64,000 bases of DNA, from NCBI GenBank assembly GCA_040954595.2, contig CM082586.2, positions 8,153,337-8,217,336 of the forward strand, in the 5' to 3' direction. Both the position numbers and the translations under genes were made by a program. This document shows, piece after piece, positions 1 through 12,857 of this stretch (its first letter is position 1; each line of letters opens with the position of its first letter). The notes beneath the pieces are model-generated. The model was not told the DNA's origin, ran no database searches, and was given only the letters and a program-made list of their open reading frames with translations. Origin of the DNA: Balanoglossus misakiensis. Its lineage: Eukaryota; Animalia; Hemichordata.

Positions 1-224
1 TAAAGAAGTCGGTTAATGATTGGCCTTCTCCTTAATCTCTATGGTAATCAATAAATGTTAGCAGACACAAGTGTGCGTTGCTTTATGTCTTTATCAGACA
101 TGTCCTTAACACAAACAAACATGCATAGCTGAACTGCCAGTCTGCAGTTTGACTACAGTGGAACATGTTTTAGTAGAATATGTTGAACGGGTTCACAATC
201 TGAAGGGGGTTGTGGCGCAGAATT

Positions 225-1451
225 CATAGTTCCACTCTACGGTAATAAGCCACGCCCCCCCTTAGTTACTGTTGCTACGCCCCACAAGCTCAACGCTTGT
301 GGGACATTGACCTCCATAGCTCCACAACGTGGTTGGGGAAACTAGATTCGTTCAGCGATAGTCTGCGCAACGTTCCTGGCGATATTTCTGTATGCTACCT
401 ACCAGAGTTAAAAAACCTATCCAAGAAGTCACAGGAAAAGGGTTTAATGAGGTATAATTCCCCCGTATTTCGAACGAGAGTGCCTGCATCGCGGACGATA
501 GCGGCCGTATCCCCCCGGACCGCAGGCTATACTGGGAATGTCGAGTTCGCGACGCAGACACACGAGTGAGGAATACGGGGGAATTATATGTTTATCACAT
601 ACATAGACCTAGTTTCCATGAAATTGAGCTTCTTTGTGAATTTAAAACATTTCAGCAATAAAATAGCACTATTTTAAAACGATCGAAAGATCATGTTATG
701 CGGTCGGGGTCACACGCATTAAACCGCGATCGATCAGCTGTAGCAGTGGCTATAGTACTAGTAATAACGGACCTCGAAGGTTAAGTTTATCGTGCTATTT
801 CTGAGTGAAATCAGACGAAATACGAGACACAAGAGGTATCACTTCAACTGAAGATATTTTTGGTAGGTAAATATGGATGAAAGCACTGATAACACGGCGA
901 ATTCAGAAAACTACGTGAACGTTACTTGGATTGACAGCGCGCGGCCCCATTGTTTACAACGCCGGACATTTTATAACGGGTCGAACAACATTGACTTTTC
1001 GAATGAAAATTGCAAGCAGCATATGAATTTCAAAATTTTCAAACACTTTAGCAATAAAATCATTGTTGAATATTTATATTGAAGACGTGTCAGTTTAAAA
1101 TCTAAACGCAAACTTTTAATATCCACCACCTGAGACACCTCTCTCGCTGTGCGTTTTTGGCTTCGGAAACGGAACAAAAAATATACTCGATGTTGGGTCA
1201 AGGTACCTTTCATCCGATTTACACGTCCCCCAGGCGCATCTCTTCACTATTCTGGCCGATATTTTAAAACCATTAAGTTCCTAAAACTGAAAAAAAACTT
1301 CCAGTCTGTCTATCTCTACCTGAGCGTGTACTGTAGGCTGGGCCACGTTGTTGATTATATGTGGGACAAAATGGCGGTTGTGTGAACAGCATGACTTTTC
1401 TCGGCTCTGATTGGCTGAGGGTTCAGTGTGATTGACAGCTGTGGAACCATG
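225..1451. mobile_element. ~1.2-kb non-autonomous DNA-transposon-like insertion in the intergenic spacer
   Basis: Absent from the homologous spacer copies (e.g. GCAGAATTGTCTGAC near 22185). Ends CATAGTTCCAC...GTGGAACCATG are imperfect TIRs, flanked by AATT/GATT (possible 4-bp TSD). Confidence 0.65.
453..588. repeat. long imperfect hairpin with three tandem G.A mismatches
   Basis: TATAATTCCCCCGTATT (453-469) pairs with AATACGGGGGAATTATA (572-588). Inner arms GTGCCTGCATCGCGGAC and GTTCGCGACGCAGACAC pair imperfectly. Confidence 0.85.
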
Positions 1452-3042
1452 GATTGGCTGACAATGAGGTAACACAGTATAGTCATAGCATGGGGTGAGA
1501 TCCCAGCCAAAATACATATTTTTATTAATTTAGCTACATGTACAGTTACCATGGTAAATTGCGATCAAGCCAATCACAGATTTCAGTGGGTGGCACTATA
1601 TGTTCTTTAGAACACTCAGAAACGCTATTTTTGCCATTTATGGACATATGTAAATTGGAGGTGGTCGTGTACCTTTAACTGAGGCTTCGGTCAAAATCGC
1701 ATGTTCGAACGACAAAAGCGAGCTCGAGACACGGGTGAACCAATACAAGTTGTCTGCCACCAGGCATGAGTTGTCATCATTCCTCTGGGCCTGGTGTTTT
1801 CACAAGTGTAGAACACACAACATAGACACAGGTTGGGCCGTAACTTGTCAACCGAATTATTTTTAAAACGCCCATTGAGTTGACTGTTGGGACAGATACT
1901 GACAATGAGGCAATTACGCATGAATTATTGCCTGATTATAGATGTGACGAATTTCAAAAGCCAAGTTGTACTATACTAAACAGTGACAGGCATTGTGTAA
2001 TTTTGTTTTCCAGAGCGGTTTCTATCAGGACACTGTGAGCAAGTAGGAAGGGAACCAAAACTGACATTTAATGATCATTGACCAGTTACCTGCAGGACGA
2101 CGTATTGTGTCCTTGTCTGACCTAAGGTCAAGTTTCAATAGTAGACTTTGGCACAGAGGGAGCTGTATGGTTCAACCCTGAGACTACAAAATTCAGCCAA
2201 CTATCTTGTAAGAACTGTTAAAACACCGTTATATTTAAACTGAAGAACGAAGTTTTACAAATCAGAGATGAGTCAATTGGAAATGGATGTGGTCATCGGC
2301 GAAACCATTGAAGGAATCGTCGCATATATGTATGTCGTTATCAAATTCACTTTTGTTCCCTCCCCAGAATATGAAGGCTTCAAAGAAAGTTGCCAATAAA
2401 TCCCGTGTAAATTTATAACAGCCAGAGTTTTAAATTCATATCTCCAAACTTGTATTGCAACAGACGACCCATATTTCTTGTCAACAAGCCAGAAAATAAT
2501 TATTCACATTCCAATGAGTTCATATAGATATTACTGTATAGTCGGACAAGGGGTCATACAAGGGAATTAAACCAACAGCCGCGATCTACATTGATTTCCC
2601 TACTCCTGAGTATGAGTCTCTGATTCTAAATCCACGTCGGGTCAAAATTCACCAGATTTAGTAATAATGTCTATCGATAGAAAAAATCCTGCGCTCTTAT
2701 TAACTTTTTGGCGTACCAGGCTGGTCACCAGTTTCAGCTAAAGAAGTCGGTCAATTATAGGCCCTCTCCTTATCTCCATGGTTATCAATAAATGTCAGCC
2801 AGTCAGACATGTCTTAACACAAACATGCATAGCTGCAAAAACTAACAGCCCGCCCTTTGACCACAGTAGAACTTGTATTAATAGAATATGTCGTAGGGGT
2901 TTACACTTTGTAATATGGGGGTGGGATGGGTTGGGGTGGGGTGGGGCGCAGACTTGTCTTACATTGAGAAAACCCAAAATAGTCATAGTGTGTGTGTGTG
3001 TGGGGGGGGGGGGGGTGAGATCCCAGCCAAAATACAGTGCAC

Positions 3043-3519
3043 GTGAAACCTGTCATTACGGACACCTCTCTATTAAGGACAGATTTTTCAAGTCAAATGT
3101 CACTGTTGGAATAGAATTTTACCTGTCTATTAGACTAGCCCACTAGTCGCTTGGTGATTTTTGAATCTCAATACTTTTTGTGTTTGCGGTGTTTTTTAGT
3201 CTTAATAAATAATTGCAAAACTTTTTGCGTGCATGCTTCCTTTGAGCGTGTTTCTAGTAGTGAGTTTAGTTTCGAATTTTGGACTGAGCTCACGATTTTG
3301 GTTAGCGTCGACCAAGCCTACGCGTTCCCTTGATGTACATACGCGCTCACACTCGGTGACTTTTACTCCACACACGGTACATGGAGAAATTCGGAACAAG
3401 TTTTTAAAATGTATTTATTATGACATAATGAAGCCCATAGACTTGGAGCAAGTCTACCTGTTTATGGACGCCTCTCATATTTTCGGTTCCCAGAGGTGTC
3501 CTTAATAGACAGGGTTCAC
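3043..3519. mobile_element. Tc1/mariner(pogo)-like MITE, part of the duplicated unit
   Basis: TIRs GTGAAACCTGTC...GACAGGGTTCAC with inner GGACACCTCT/AGAGGTGTCC. Homologous copies at 28777 (right end deleted), 39819-40559 and 61674-62144. Confidence 0.6.
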
Positions 3520-3882
3520 ATTTATTCTTATATTATTTGCTTATTTCATCATGACTTTGCAATTATTTGATTATTTCTTTGTCTTTTGCCATTAAACTAA
3601 ATTTGAAACTTCACACCATTCACTCAGGTGCGAGTGTTAGTTTAGTTAAAAGGATGCCGAAAATGCAAACTGAAAAAAAAATAAACCTGATAATCGCACT
3701 TCATATATGAACCATTACAGACGGGCCACGACATGCAATTATCTCAACGATGCTGCGGGGGACACGTACACTCATGCCATGTCGTGCACGTGAGCGCTAA
3801 TGTCCGTGAAAAATAATAGACTAGACTGACCAACTCCAGCAACAATAGTCTGGTCTTATGGGTAAACGTGCATGGAGACAAG

Positions 3883-4140
3883 ATTGGTCAGAACGTTTGA
3901 CGTCAACGAATTCATTGACATTGACAAAGCCACACAATCATAATATTGTATGTCCCAATGGCCGACAATGGATAGGTTCAAGTACAAGCTATGCTCTATA
4001 TTACGTATGATGCTACCGTCCATGATGGGCCGTTGTGGTGTACGTTGTTGATTAATAAATATGCGTGCATCTCATACCATAATCTTCACTGTACATGTCT
4101 GGTACGAAGTCCAATAACTCTAACCGGCCAAGATGGCAAG
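3883..4140 (+). promoter_or_regulatory. putative proximal promoter of the DED-TRIM gene unit (reverse CCAAT, CRE, YY1-like motif)
   Basis: ATTGG at 3883, TGACGTCA at 3898-3905, and CAAGATGGC about 70 bp upstream of the ATG. The same layout precedes copies C (CRE at 40930) and D (62528). Copy B has TGATGTCA at 29518. Function is inferred. Confidence 0.35.
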
Positions 4141-4203
4141 CATTCACCAGTGTAGTTCGGTCCATCCTACTGCATTTAGCTGATATTTTGTTTGGATATA
4201 ACC

Positions 4204-4404
4204 ATGACGACCACTAGCAGCGACATCCTCCCTCTCAGGGCTTTATTCCTCAGGTTAGATGACGAACTGGGTGAGAAAGATGTAAAAAAACTGAAATTTT
4301 TACTGTCTGGAAGCCACATTAATGCAAGAGACGCAAAGAAGGCAGACAGTGCATTGGAATTGTTCATGCAACTGCGTGTTAATTGCATAACGACAAAAAG
4401 GTAA
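4204..4404 (+). pseudogene. truncated DED exon (copy 0 of the DED-TRADD-N-TRIM-NHL gene)
   Basis: MTTTSSDILPLRALFLRLDDELGEKDVKKLKFLLSGSHINARDAKKADSALELFMQL is homologous to exon 1 of the other copies. Homology is lost at ~4375 and unrelated sequence follows. Confidence 0.85.
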
Positions 4405-5467
4405 GTTCCTTAAAGCTTACATTTTCAAGGAGTAATTACGCACATTATTTTGACTCCAGATTCGTGTAGCAAGTCACTTTTCTCATTCACCATTTTGTTT
4501 AGAACGAGATACTTTGGCCAAAGCAAACAACGGCTTCAGTCATGCATTTCAAATCTAAGTGTTTTTGGTCTGTCATTTTTCTATTCTATTTCTGCTTGAA
4601 GTCGATGTCCTTATCACACCAATTCATTTTCTCATCATCTTACACAATGACATTTCAGACAACAATGACCCTGTCGCACTCGGTGGCGTTTTGGTTCTGC
4701 ATATTTGCATTACTTGCAATACAGAACACAGTGACGACAAAGATCACTAGAGAGCAAAGAGCCCATGCCTTACGTCCGAGGTTCGTAAAACGCGAGAGTC
4801 AAGCTCCATTAGATAGATAGTTTTATTTCACCAGAAAGATGCATTTTACATAACTGGTGCGGACCAGGGAAGTAGTTCTAGTGGAACTAGTCGTGTCCCT
4901 GGCCCTAAATACATACAAATCATTGAAACAATTAATATAATTGCCAATTCATATCACAAAACAATAGTTGGTAGTCAAACAACGCGGTGACAAAGTAAAC
5001 AGGTTTATAAAAGAGGTTAAATTAATCTAAATTTGAGTTGTAAGTTCATGGGATTGGCTTCTTTAAAATTATTATGGAATCAAATCATAGGTAATTTAAT
5101 TGGAACTTCTATATTTTGTAGGATATTATGTCTTATACCACAAAAAAATTATCTCAAGAAGAACAAATACCACTACATGCAGATGATGTCAGTTGAGCAA
5201 CTGAAAATTGCTATGCAAACCTGCAGAACTCTCCACTTACAATATTGGTTTATATGCAATTGCTACTTTTCTCAATTTGCATTTACCAAAATACTTATTC
5301 CTACTTTGCACAAAAATACTTCAATTAACATACTGAGATGGTAACCAACAACCCACATTATTACTTTTACTGAGCTAAAGATAAAACATGCTGACCACAG
5401 AAATTCCGGTCGTTAAACAGGTCACATGATGCAACTGGATAAATCCGGATAGTGCGCAACAAAATTA

Positions 5468-5922
5468 GGGAGCTTTCAGTTATAACAAAAGGGGTGGGTG
5501 GGCTGGAGCACACGGGGTATGGGTTGGTCACATACTAGTACAAGTTAATGTTGAAAAAATACACACGGTAACAAAACAACCTGGGGGACAGAATGTCATT
5601 GTGGTGCCATTTTGGTTCATATTTAAGTGAAAGTAATATAAGAATCTCTCGATCCTGTGAACTTGGCAAAAAATGTGCAATGGTTCTGTCTTCACGTCCA
5701 CATTGGATTTAGATGAGATGTACTTCGGTGCAACTAACCTGGTCAAAAGGGGTACATTTTGAATTAATTTTTTATAGATGTTGATACATTGTGATATGAC
5801 CAGGTGGCGTAATTCCATCAAAATTTATCAGAGACCTTTCATGGAGGGTCTAACTTCTGGGGATGGTAACCGATCCACCCCAAATACCACAGGCCCACCC
5901 TCCCATCATAAGAAAAGCTCCC
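5468..5922. mobile_element. PIF/Harbinger-type MITE
   Basis: Ends GGGAGCTTTC...AAAAGCTCCC, flanked by TTA on both sides (3-bp TWA TSD). Confidence 0.6.
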
Positions 5923-6745
5923 TTACCTAGATGAAATTCCAATATAGGGAATTTGTGGATTTTTCAACATATCAAATTACGGTTTAGTAATGTTTAAAGA
6001 TACAGTTATTTTATTTTTACTTTTTGTTCATATCTCTGGGTGATTTAGAAAGGGAAAAAGTAATGATTCTGGATGGCACTCTGGTTCGAAAGATTTTGTT
6101 TAATTTACTGAATTGACCTGCGTAAATTGTATAGAAAATATAGTTTATTTCCGTTAGGTTGAGACATGCGCAGTGCAGCGGCATGCAATTGAAGAAGACG
6201 TCACAGTAACATGTCATTCAAAGTGGAACTGTTTAACTCCATTTGGCCAACAAGTCTTACCTAGTTCCGCATGAAAACGTTGGCCTGTATGACGTACCGG
6301 TATGTGCAACATGGACAAAGTGTAAACCAGTACTTCACAACTCTGGTTAATTAATCTAAATGTGCAATTTGTGGAACAATTCGTCCAGTATGGCTGCAAT
6401 TCTTTAATATCAATCACGTGATCTGGCCATGTGACCATTGTCTGTTCCAGGTGATGGGCAAACAATTTCTCGGCATCCAGTAAGTTTTTCCGGGTATGTT
6501 TATACTTTAGAACTGCGAGACATGTAACATGTATTCAGGTATGGTGCCTCATGGCGTTTCGTCTGCAGTCGTTGTCTGCGCCACGTTGCTGAAATTGCCC
6601 GTCAGCTGGAAATTTGAATGCCAGTGTAAATGTCTGACTGCGTCTGACGTCATTTGATATCAAAGAAGTTCTAAAATAAAACACCAACAATTGTTGTACA
6701 AAATTTCAATTCGTTGCCCTTCGGGAAGTTCCCAAATTTGACTAA

Positions 6746-7506
6746 GGCTGCATTCACAAACACCTCTGGAGGGGGGGGGGGGGCGGGAGAATTCATTTTT
6801 GTTACCGCTAATTTTCACATGCCCCCCTTCCGAACTGCCAATATTTTCAAATCCCCCCCTTCCGAACTGCCAAAATTTTGAAATCCCCCCCTCCCATTTT
6901 CTTTCACAGAGCAAAACACATCACCCATGAAAAGAATTTGAAACTGATGTTTCCCCTCATCAGTGGGTATTAAAACTGAACATTGTTTTTATTTTTTAAG
7001 TACATATATTGTATTCTGTGTTGGGAGACATTCTAAACCGAGAATTGAAGGGGGTGGGTTTGGGAGGGGGTGTCCCCCTCCCACGTAAGAAAATTTTCTA
7101 AAATACAGAGCTCAAAGCTGCATTTTAATGAACCCGGCAAAAGCAAATTAACTCAACTACCGGTATGTTGGGGAGGACAAATTTAACCGTCGCCGCTCAA
7201 AGTTATCATGGGGTGGGGCAAGTCCCTTGACCTGGGACACTAGATAAACCAGTCAATAATTGAAAGGTGTTGATGAATGGAGGGGGTGGGTGTTGGAGGG
7301 GGACACCCCCTCCCACATTAGAAAATTTTGTAAAATAAAGCATTTTTGTGGACTCAAAATAAATATTTAGTCGTTAAAGTTTTCAAGTCCCCCCCTTTCA
7401 GTCCCTAAATTATTTCAAATCCCCCCCTTACATACCCTCAATTTTTTCAAATCCCCCCCTCAATTCTCCTGCCCCCCCCCCTCCAGAGGTGTTTGTGAAT
7501 GCAGCC
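6746..7506. mobile_element. PIF/Harbinger-type MITE
   Basis: Long TIRs GGCTGCATTCACAAACACCTCTGGAGGGG...CCCCTCCAGAGGTGTTTGTGAATGCAGCC, with TAA TSD at 6743-6745 and 7507-7509. Confidence 0.85.
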
Positions 7507-7667
7507 TAATGTTCATCATGACTTGTAAAATGTGGCAGGCAAATATTCAAAGCCTCATTACTGAGCGAAATACATCCGCGATATCTCATTAATATTCATG
7601 AAGTATATAAAAGCTAAGTGAAGACAAGATACAGTGTCATTCCTCGGCTAGGCACCGACGAGCGAGC

Positions 7668-9311
7668 ATGGAAGCTGCAACTCGAACCACTAGCACTACA
7701 AGAACTACAAGTACCGTGAGCGATGCAAGTGCTTCTTTCGTACAGGCGCATAGTCAGCCCGTTCCCAGTACAAGCCGTACCCAGGGACCGCAAAAGACAA
7801 CTCGTACGAGTACCGTTCCCATGCAACCTGCAGGACCAGCAGTAGCTGCAGCTGCCTCAGCGAACGATACAGTGACAGAGGATAAAGAAAAGCAGGTATA
7901 CATTGTTGTATATTTTCCGTCTTTTCTACAGGTGTTATATTTGCCATAGAATGCAGGTGTCAAGTGTGTTTCATCACAGCCACAATGACCGTTTCATTGT
8001 GTCCGACGTACTTGTTTCGTGGCAGGGTGTGGTCCCATTTTTTCCTAGACAGGATAGTTCAATAGGTGGATTTGATACGTTAGGCCGGGCGAAAGCTCGT
8101 GTTTTTTTTTTGGACATTTATTTCTTATTCCCCTTTTTTTGTTTTTAGTACACTGTTATAATTATTGTTTTTGACGGAGGGAGTCGCAGCTCAATGTTCT
8201 TTTCTTGTTGAGTAGTCGTGTGAATACCTTTTGTACGGCTTACCATGTGTGAATTTTGTGGGCCCTAGTTAGTAACTTTTTTATGCTAAAATTTTTGTAG
8301 CGCCGCTTTAAAAAAAAAAAAAAAAATGAAAGTGCCAATTTTTTTTGCGTGGGCACACAGTTGATGGTAATGCCAATTTTGTGGGCAGAGTTGATGAAAG
8401 TGCCAAATTTTGTGGGCACAGTGGAGGACAAGTAAGTGCCAATTTTTGTGGGCACAGTGGATAAAAAGTGCCAATTTTTGTGGGCAAAGTGGATGAAAAG
8501 TAAGTGCCAATTTTTGTGGGCACAGTGGATGAAACGTAAGTGCCAATTTTTGTGGGCATAGTGGATGAAAAGTAAGTGCAAAATTTTGTGGGCACAGTGG
8601 ATGAAAAGTAAGTGCCAATTTTTGCGGGCACAGTGGATGAAAAGTGCCAATTTTTGTGGGCACAGTCGATGAACAATGAATGCCAATTTTTGCAGGCACA
8701 ATAGATGAAAGTAAGTGCCACATTTTGTGAAACTGCGGTGGCTGGTGATTGCAGGCTAGTCGTAAATATTTGGACTTGCAATTGATGAATTATGGCGTAT
8801 TTGTATTTTCCAGATGCAATCAAAATTTAATGACTTAGTGACAAAGGTGGAAGAAATGGAGAAAGCTGTTGGCGGGGCTAACGTGGATGATGCTCTTCAA
8901 AAGTTGATGGAGATAGCCCATGCACCATCCTTTTATACGTCACGGCTACAAATAACGAATGCACTTCGTACACTAGTGGATAGAGCTACTAGGGTAGCCC
9001 ACCCTAAATTAGCACGGTTTAGGGCCGTGTTAGCTCAGTTTGAAGCAAATGATTTTGGACCCGATGCTGGCCGTTTGATAGTGTTGTTACTTGGGAATAA
9101 AGAGGAGGAAGAAATCGCTGCCAAGGTCGCCAAGTTCGCCAATAGTAATGCTAGTAATTCCTTCGGGGCTCGTAGCTACTATCGTTTTCAACCATATAAC
9201 CAGAGGGCAGGTTCTACTTTTAGACGTCCCAAAAGAGAGCTTAAATGTTATACATGTGGCAAGCCTGGCCACCTTGCTCGTGAGTGTAGAGGAAAACAAA
9301 ATGAACATTGA
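7668..9311 (+). CDS. gag-like protein with C-terminal CCHC zinc knuckle, two exons (7668-7895, 8814-9311; ~241 aa)
   Basis: The C-terminus is CYTCGKPGHLAREC. A phase-0 donor CAG/GTATAC at 7895/7896 and acceptor TTTTCCAG/ATG at 8813/8814 join the two ORFs in frame. Confidence 0.65.
8328..8730. repeat. minisatellite, ~29-33-bp unit (AAGTAAGTGCCAATTTTTGTGGGCACAGTGGATGAA)
   Basis: Visible head-to-tail tandem repeat inside the putative gag intron. Confidence 0.9.
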
Positions 9312-11532
9312 GTTTCACTAGAGAACATGTGATTGTGTATTTTGAGAATTTCCCTTGGCAGATGCCATTGTAAATAAAATTTCAAAAAAAAAAAAAAAAA
9401 AAAAATTTTCAACTGTATACGCTTAGTGTGTTAGTGTCTCATTTAGACTTCCTTGACAGGGGGGCCTCACTTAGGCCCTTTGCTTTTTGCAACCTGCCAT
9501 TCGCATGGTCCTGTCTTGGGGGGCCTTCTGTGGGATACTTGTTTTGCATAAGTATATTTTAGTCGTGCGTGTTTGTTGTTTCAGTTTGATGTACCAGAAT
9601 GGGAGTTACAATATCCGGTTGATCCGACGGTGGTTAAACGAAATCACTACAATTGGGTGACCATAGAGGGCGCCCCTCGACGGGACAATGATGGTGGTAG
9701 GATGGTGGAGGACATGGATCAGCTATCTGGGTTTACGGTCGCTTTTTAGCATTGAATAGAACAGATTTGGGATAAAACACTACACACCATTACGCTCATT
9801 TTAAAACAGAAAGGATATACAAAATATAGAATACTGACAGAGGTGAATATAACCTATTTGAGTGTCTCATGTATAGACAAGTTGTTTGGTGTGGAAAATA
9901 ATTTAGTATTAGCCCTAGTGGTATAGGGTATACAATGAAGTAAAATATAATTTTTGACGAATTAACTGCACTCAAGGTTGTATGTATGATAATATATTTG
10001 GTATGTTTGGGGTGTCTGTATGGGGTGCGCTGGGAAGTGTAGTATCAGGTATAGGGTTGGGGATGAGTTGTGGGAGAGTGAAGGGAAAAGCTTTTTGAAG
10101 ATTTGGAGGATTGGGTGGAATGTAAGTTAGTATTGGAATGTTAGATAACCGCGGCAAAGATGAAAACAATGAACATCCCGATCCCAATACTTAAACAATA
10201 GGATAATCCTTGAGCGGAGTGATGAGGCTTTAAATATTATATTATTCAAAGCCTCATTACTGAGCGAAATACATCCGCGATATCTCATTAATATTCATGA
10301 AGTATATAAAAGCTAAGTGAAGACAAGATACAGTGTCATTCCTCGGCTAGGCACCGAGGAAGAGGGCAAGAACTGCGAACAATTTAGGGGTATTGCTGAT
10401 CAGGTGGAATGTATGTTCATGGCACAGGCGGGTCAAAATTTCCCACCCACCCACCCTCGCCTTGAATGTCTTAATCACTTCGCTTCTGGATTTCCACAAT
10501 GAACATCCCGATCCCAATACTTAAACAATAGGATAATCCTTGAGCGGAGTGATGAGGCTTTAAATATTATATTATTGTGGATGCGAGAGTAATATTAACA
10601 TATTCAAATTTGAGAAAATGGGTGGTAACGTTAAAATGTTGCACAACATCTTGACAGAGAAAGTTTACAGGAAGGGTAAATCAATAGATCTGTATTGGAT
10701 AATAATAGAGGATAATATTATCAATGTGACAACTATGATCACCAGAAAAACTTTTTCATTAAGGCCAACATTGCAATGTTGCACCATACAGGATAGGAAT
10801 TAGTATGTCTGATGGCTGAAAATAGAAGTTAATCTCTATTTTCTCTCGAATGACGTCATACTGCAAAACAGTCGTTAAACTCTATTTTTTATTTCCAATG
10901 TACTTATGCAGGCAATTCATTGAATTTCGCAACACGTTCGACCACAAACGTTATCCACCACTACGATTGTACAGGGGTTGTACCTGTTTTCCTTAAGCAT
11001 CGGGTAGTAAAAAATTGTATTAGTATAAAAACAACCAAATACCGGTACTAGAAAATCAACAAATAACAGAATGTAAATACTGTTTAAACTATATCAGTAA
11101 TTTGGTTGACCACGTGAATGTATAATGGCAGTCTTTAATATATAAATATTCATGAAAAAATAACATTTAACTTTTTATCTTAGTCCATGCAACCAAACCC
11201 TAGAATCATTGTCCTAATAATAGAATTTATTGTAGAATACATACAAGCAGCAGACTGACAGTCTGCCTGGTCTTTGTTGTGTCCACTCAATTATTTTAAG
11301 CATGGCTTTTGGACACTGGTGTCTCCAAGGGTGTTTGAGATTTGTGTGAATTGTAAGCTGCATAGAACGCTTGTGTGGTGTGGGTGGTGGGCTCCAGACC
11401 GAAACGTTCTACCCAGCAGTGTTGTAGTTCACAGCACATTTGTGCTTATGCCTACAATGGCCATCATTATCTGTTGTATATATTCCCTGTAGTGGCCTCA
11501 GTATGTTCTATGTCTGAAGTACTCTTTCTTTT

Positions 11533-11935
11533 TCATCTTTTACTTATATTTCTATAAATACAGCGTATGCTGTCTACAATGGTGTAGCCATTTAGGATTA
11601 TTTGGCGCACCTGGGCAGAAGTAATCTTCTTCTCTGCGATGTTTTCCCTGAATTTTATGTTTATGATTTCTACTTGCTCTTGGGTGAAGCTTGGTCTTCC
11701 AGGGAAGATGTGGGATGTTTGGGATTGATCAATTGAGGGTACAATAACTGATTCAGCTTTCTCTTCCTCAATTTCCAGAGGTCTTTTTTGCTTCAGCAAT
11801 AACAGCTTTGGCTGTCAAATCTTTTCTCAATTCGTGGGCCTCCTCCAAAAAGTTGGAACTCTCTTTAACTGCTCCGGCAATCCTATAGTAAGATGACTGC
11901 ATTGCCTCCCTATGGGCCATGTGACTCGCAAGTTT
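11533..11935 (-). pseudogene. tyrosine-recombinase C-terminal fragment
   Basis: The minus strand reads LASHMAHREAMQSSYYRIAG (about 11932-11873), resembling the LA.hM.H...YY catalytic His/Tyr box of phage-integrase-like recombinases. It is frameshifted downstream. Confidence 0.5.
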
Positions 11936-12414
11936 TTTTTACAAATAGGGCTTATTTTCAAGAACCATTGTTACCTTACTTTTTCTACAAATGGATGTTG
12001 CGAATTGTTAGTTTCTTTTTAGAAACTCCTGACTTAATCCAGGATTCCTGTAAAAATTTAGCAAAGGTCGAACTACGTGTTGTTCTCCATTGAAACTGGA
12101 GAACAGACTCCTGGAAGATCCATCTCCACCAGGTGTTTTCGGAAACACGTCACGAACCATCATCATCTCAGGAAGTTGATCTGCTTGCCTCTCAAAAAGA
12201 AGAAGTAGGCCTAGACTGAAGCTCATCATCTCCAATGCCTTCTGGGCTAGGGTGTCAAGATCTTCATCCATGCGTTCAGAGCTTTATGGACCAGCTGCTC
12301 TTGGTGTGCAAATATTCCCACTTCTAAAATAGAGCTTGCGTTCTTGCAGGATTGCTCAAGACCAAGTCTCAGATATAGCAGTTGATCATTGACATGAAGG
12401 ATGCAGCTGTACGT

Positions 12415-12835
12415 GTTAACCTGAAAGTTTTCAGGACGGAGATCACGCTGTCCTTCTCTACCACGGCGAAAAAATTATAACATGATATTGAACCATACAT
12501 TGTGCAGAAGTAAAGTTGCGTCGGTATTCGAGCGACTGAAGTAGGTGGCTAGTCTAGCGAGATCGCCCGAAAGTATTGCCGGTTTGTGAACAACATTTCC
12601 TTTGCCCTGGCTTTTCAATCACTTGCAAACGGCACTAAACATCTTCCGGCTATTGGAAAACTCATCGAATTCTCCTTTCTGAGTACGCACTTCAGCGTTG
12701 AATGTAGCCACGGCTGCATCCAGAGTCGTTGCTGTGAAGGTCTCGATCTCCCGGTAACTGTAGCTGTACTTGGAACTGAGATAATTTTGAAAAACAGATA
12801 CTGTATTGTTGGTCGCTACTCTCGTGATTTTGCTG
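12415..12835 (-). mobile_element. Crypton (DUF3504-type) tyrosine recombinase remnant
   Basis: Minus-strand translation ...TLDAAVATFNAEVRTQKGE-FDEFSNSRKMFSAVCK*LKSQGKGNVVHKPAILSGDLARLATYF...LLHNVWFNIML*FFRRGREGQRDLRPENFQV. It has the CryptonA-type RRGRE motif, two stops and an apparent internal deletion. Confidence 0.8.
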
Positions 12836-12857
12836 TCCATTGGCAGTAAAAGACTAT

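Larger units (their letters stand above)
7544..10576 (+). mobile_element. internally deleted tyrosine-recombinase retrotransposon with split direct repeats (Ngaro/PAT-type, DIRS order)
   Basis: Repeats in the order A1 7544-7658 ... B1 10166-10246, A2 10243-10357, B2 10496-10576. It carries a gag-like ORF with a CCHC knuckle. No RT/RNaseH/YR ORF remains. Confidence 0.85.

Noticed and set aside
1691-1921. Recurring short spacer ORFs (e.g. MRNCLIVS...) as a small gene family
   Set aside because: Starts and stops vary between copies and no domain is recognisable. DNA-level duplication explains them.
4395-4406. Strong donor AAG/GTAAGT that might splice the truncated DED onto copy A exon 2
   Set aside because: It falls in phase 2 while exon 2 needs phase 1, so the product would be frameshifted.
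8240-8823. Three overlapping minus-strand ORFs with repetitive peptides, and a superficially CRISPR-like repeat
   Set aside because: These are translations of a head-to-tail minisatellite. There are no unique spacers and no cas genes, and the context is eukaryotic.
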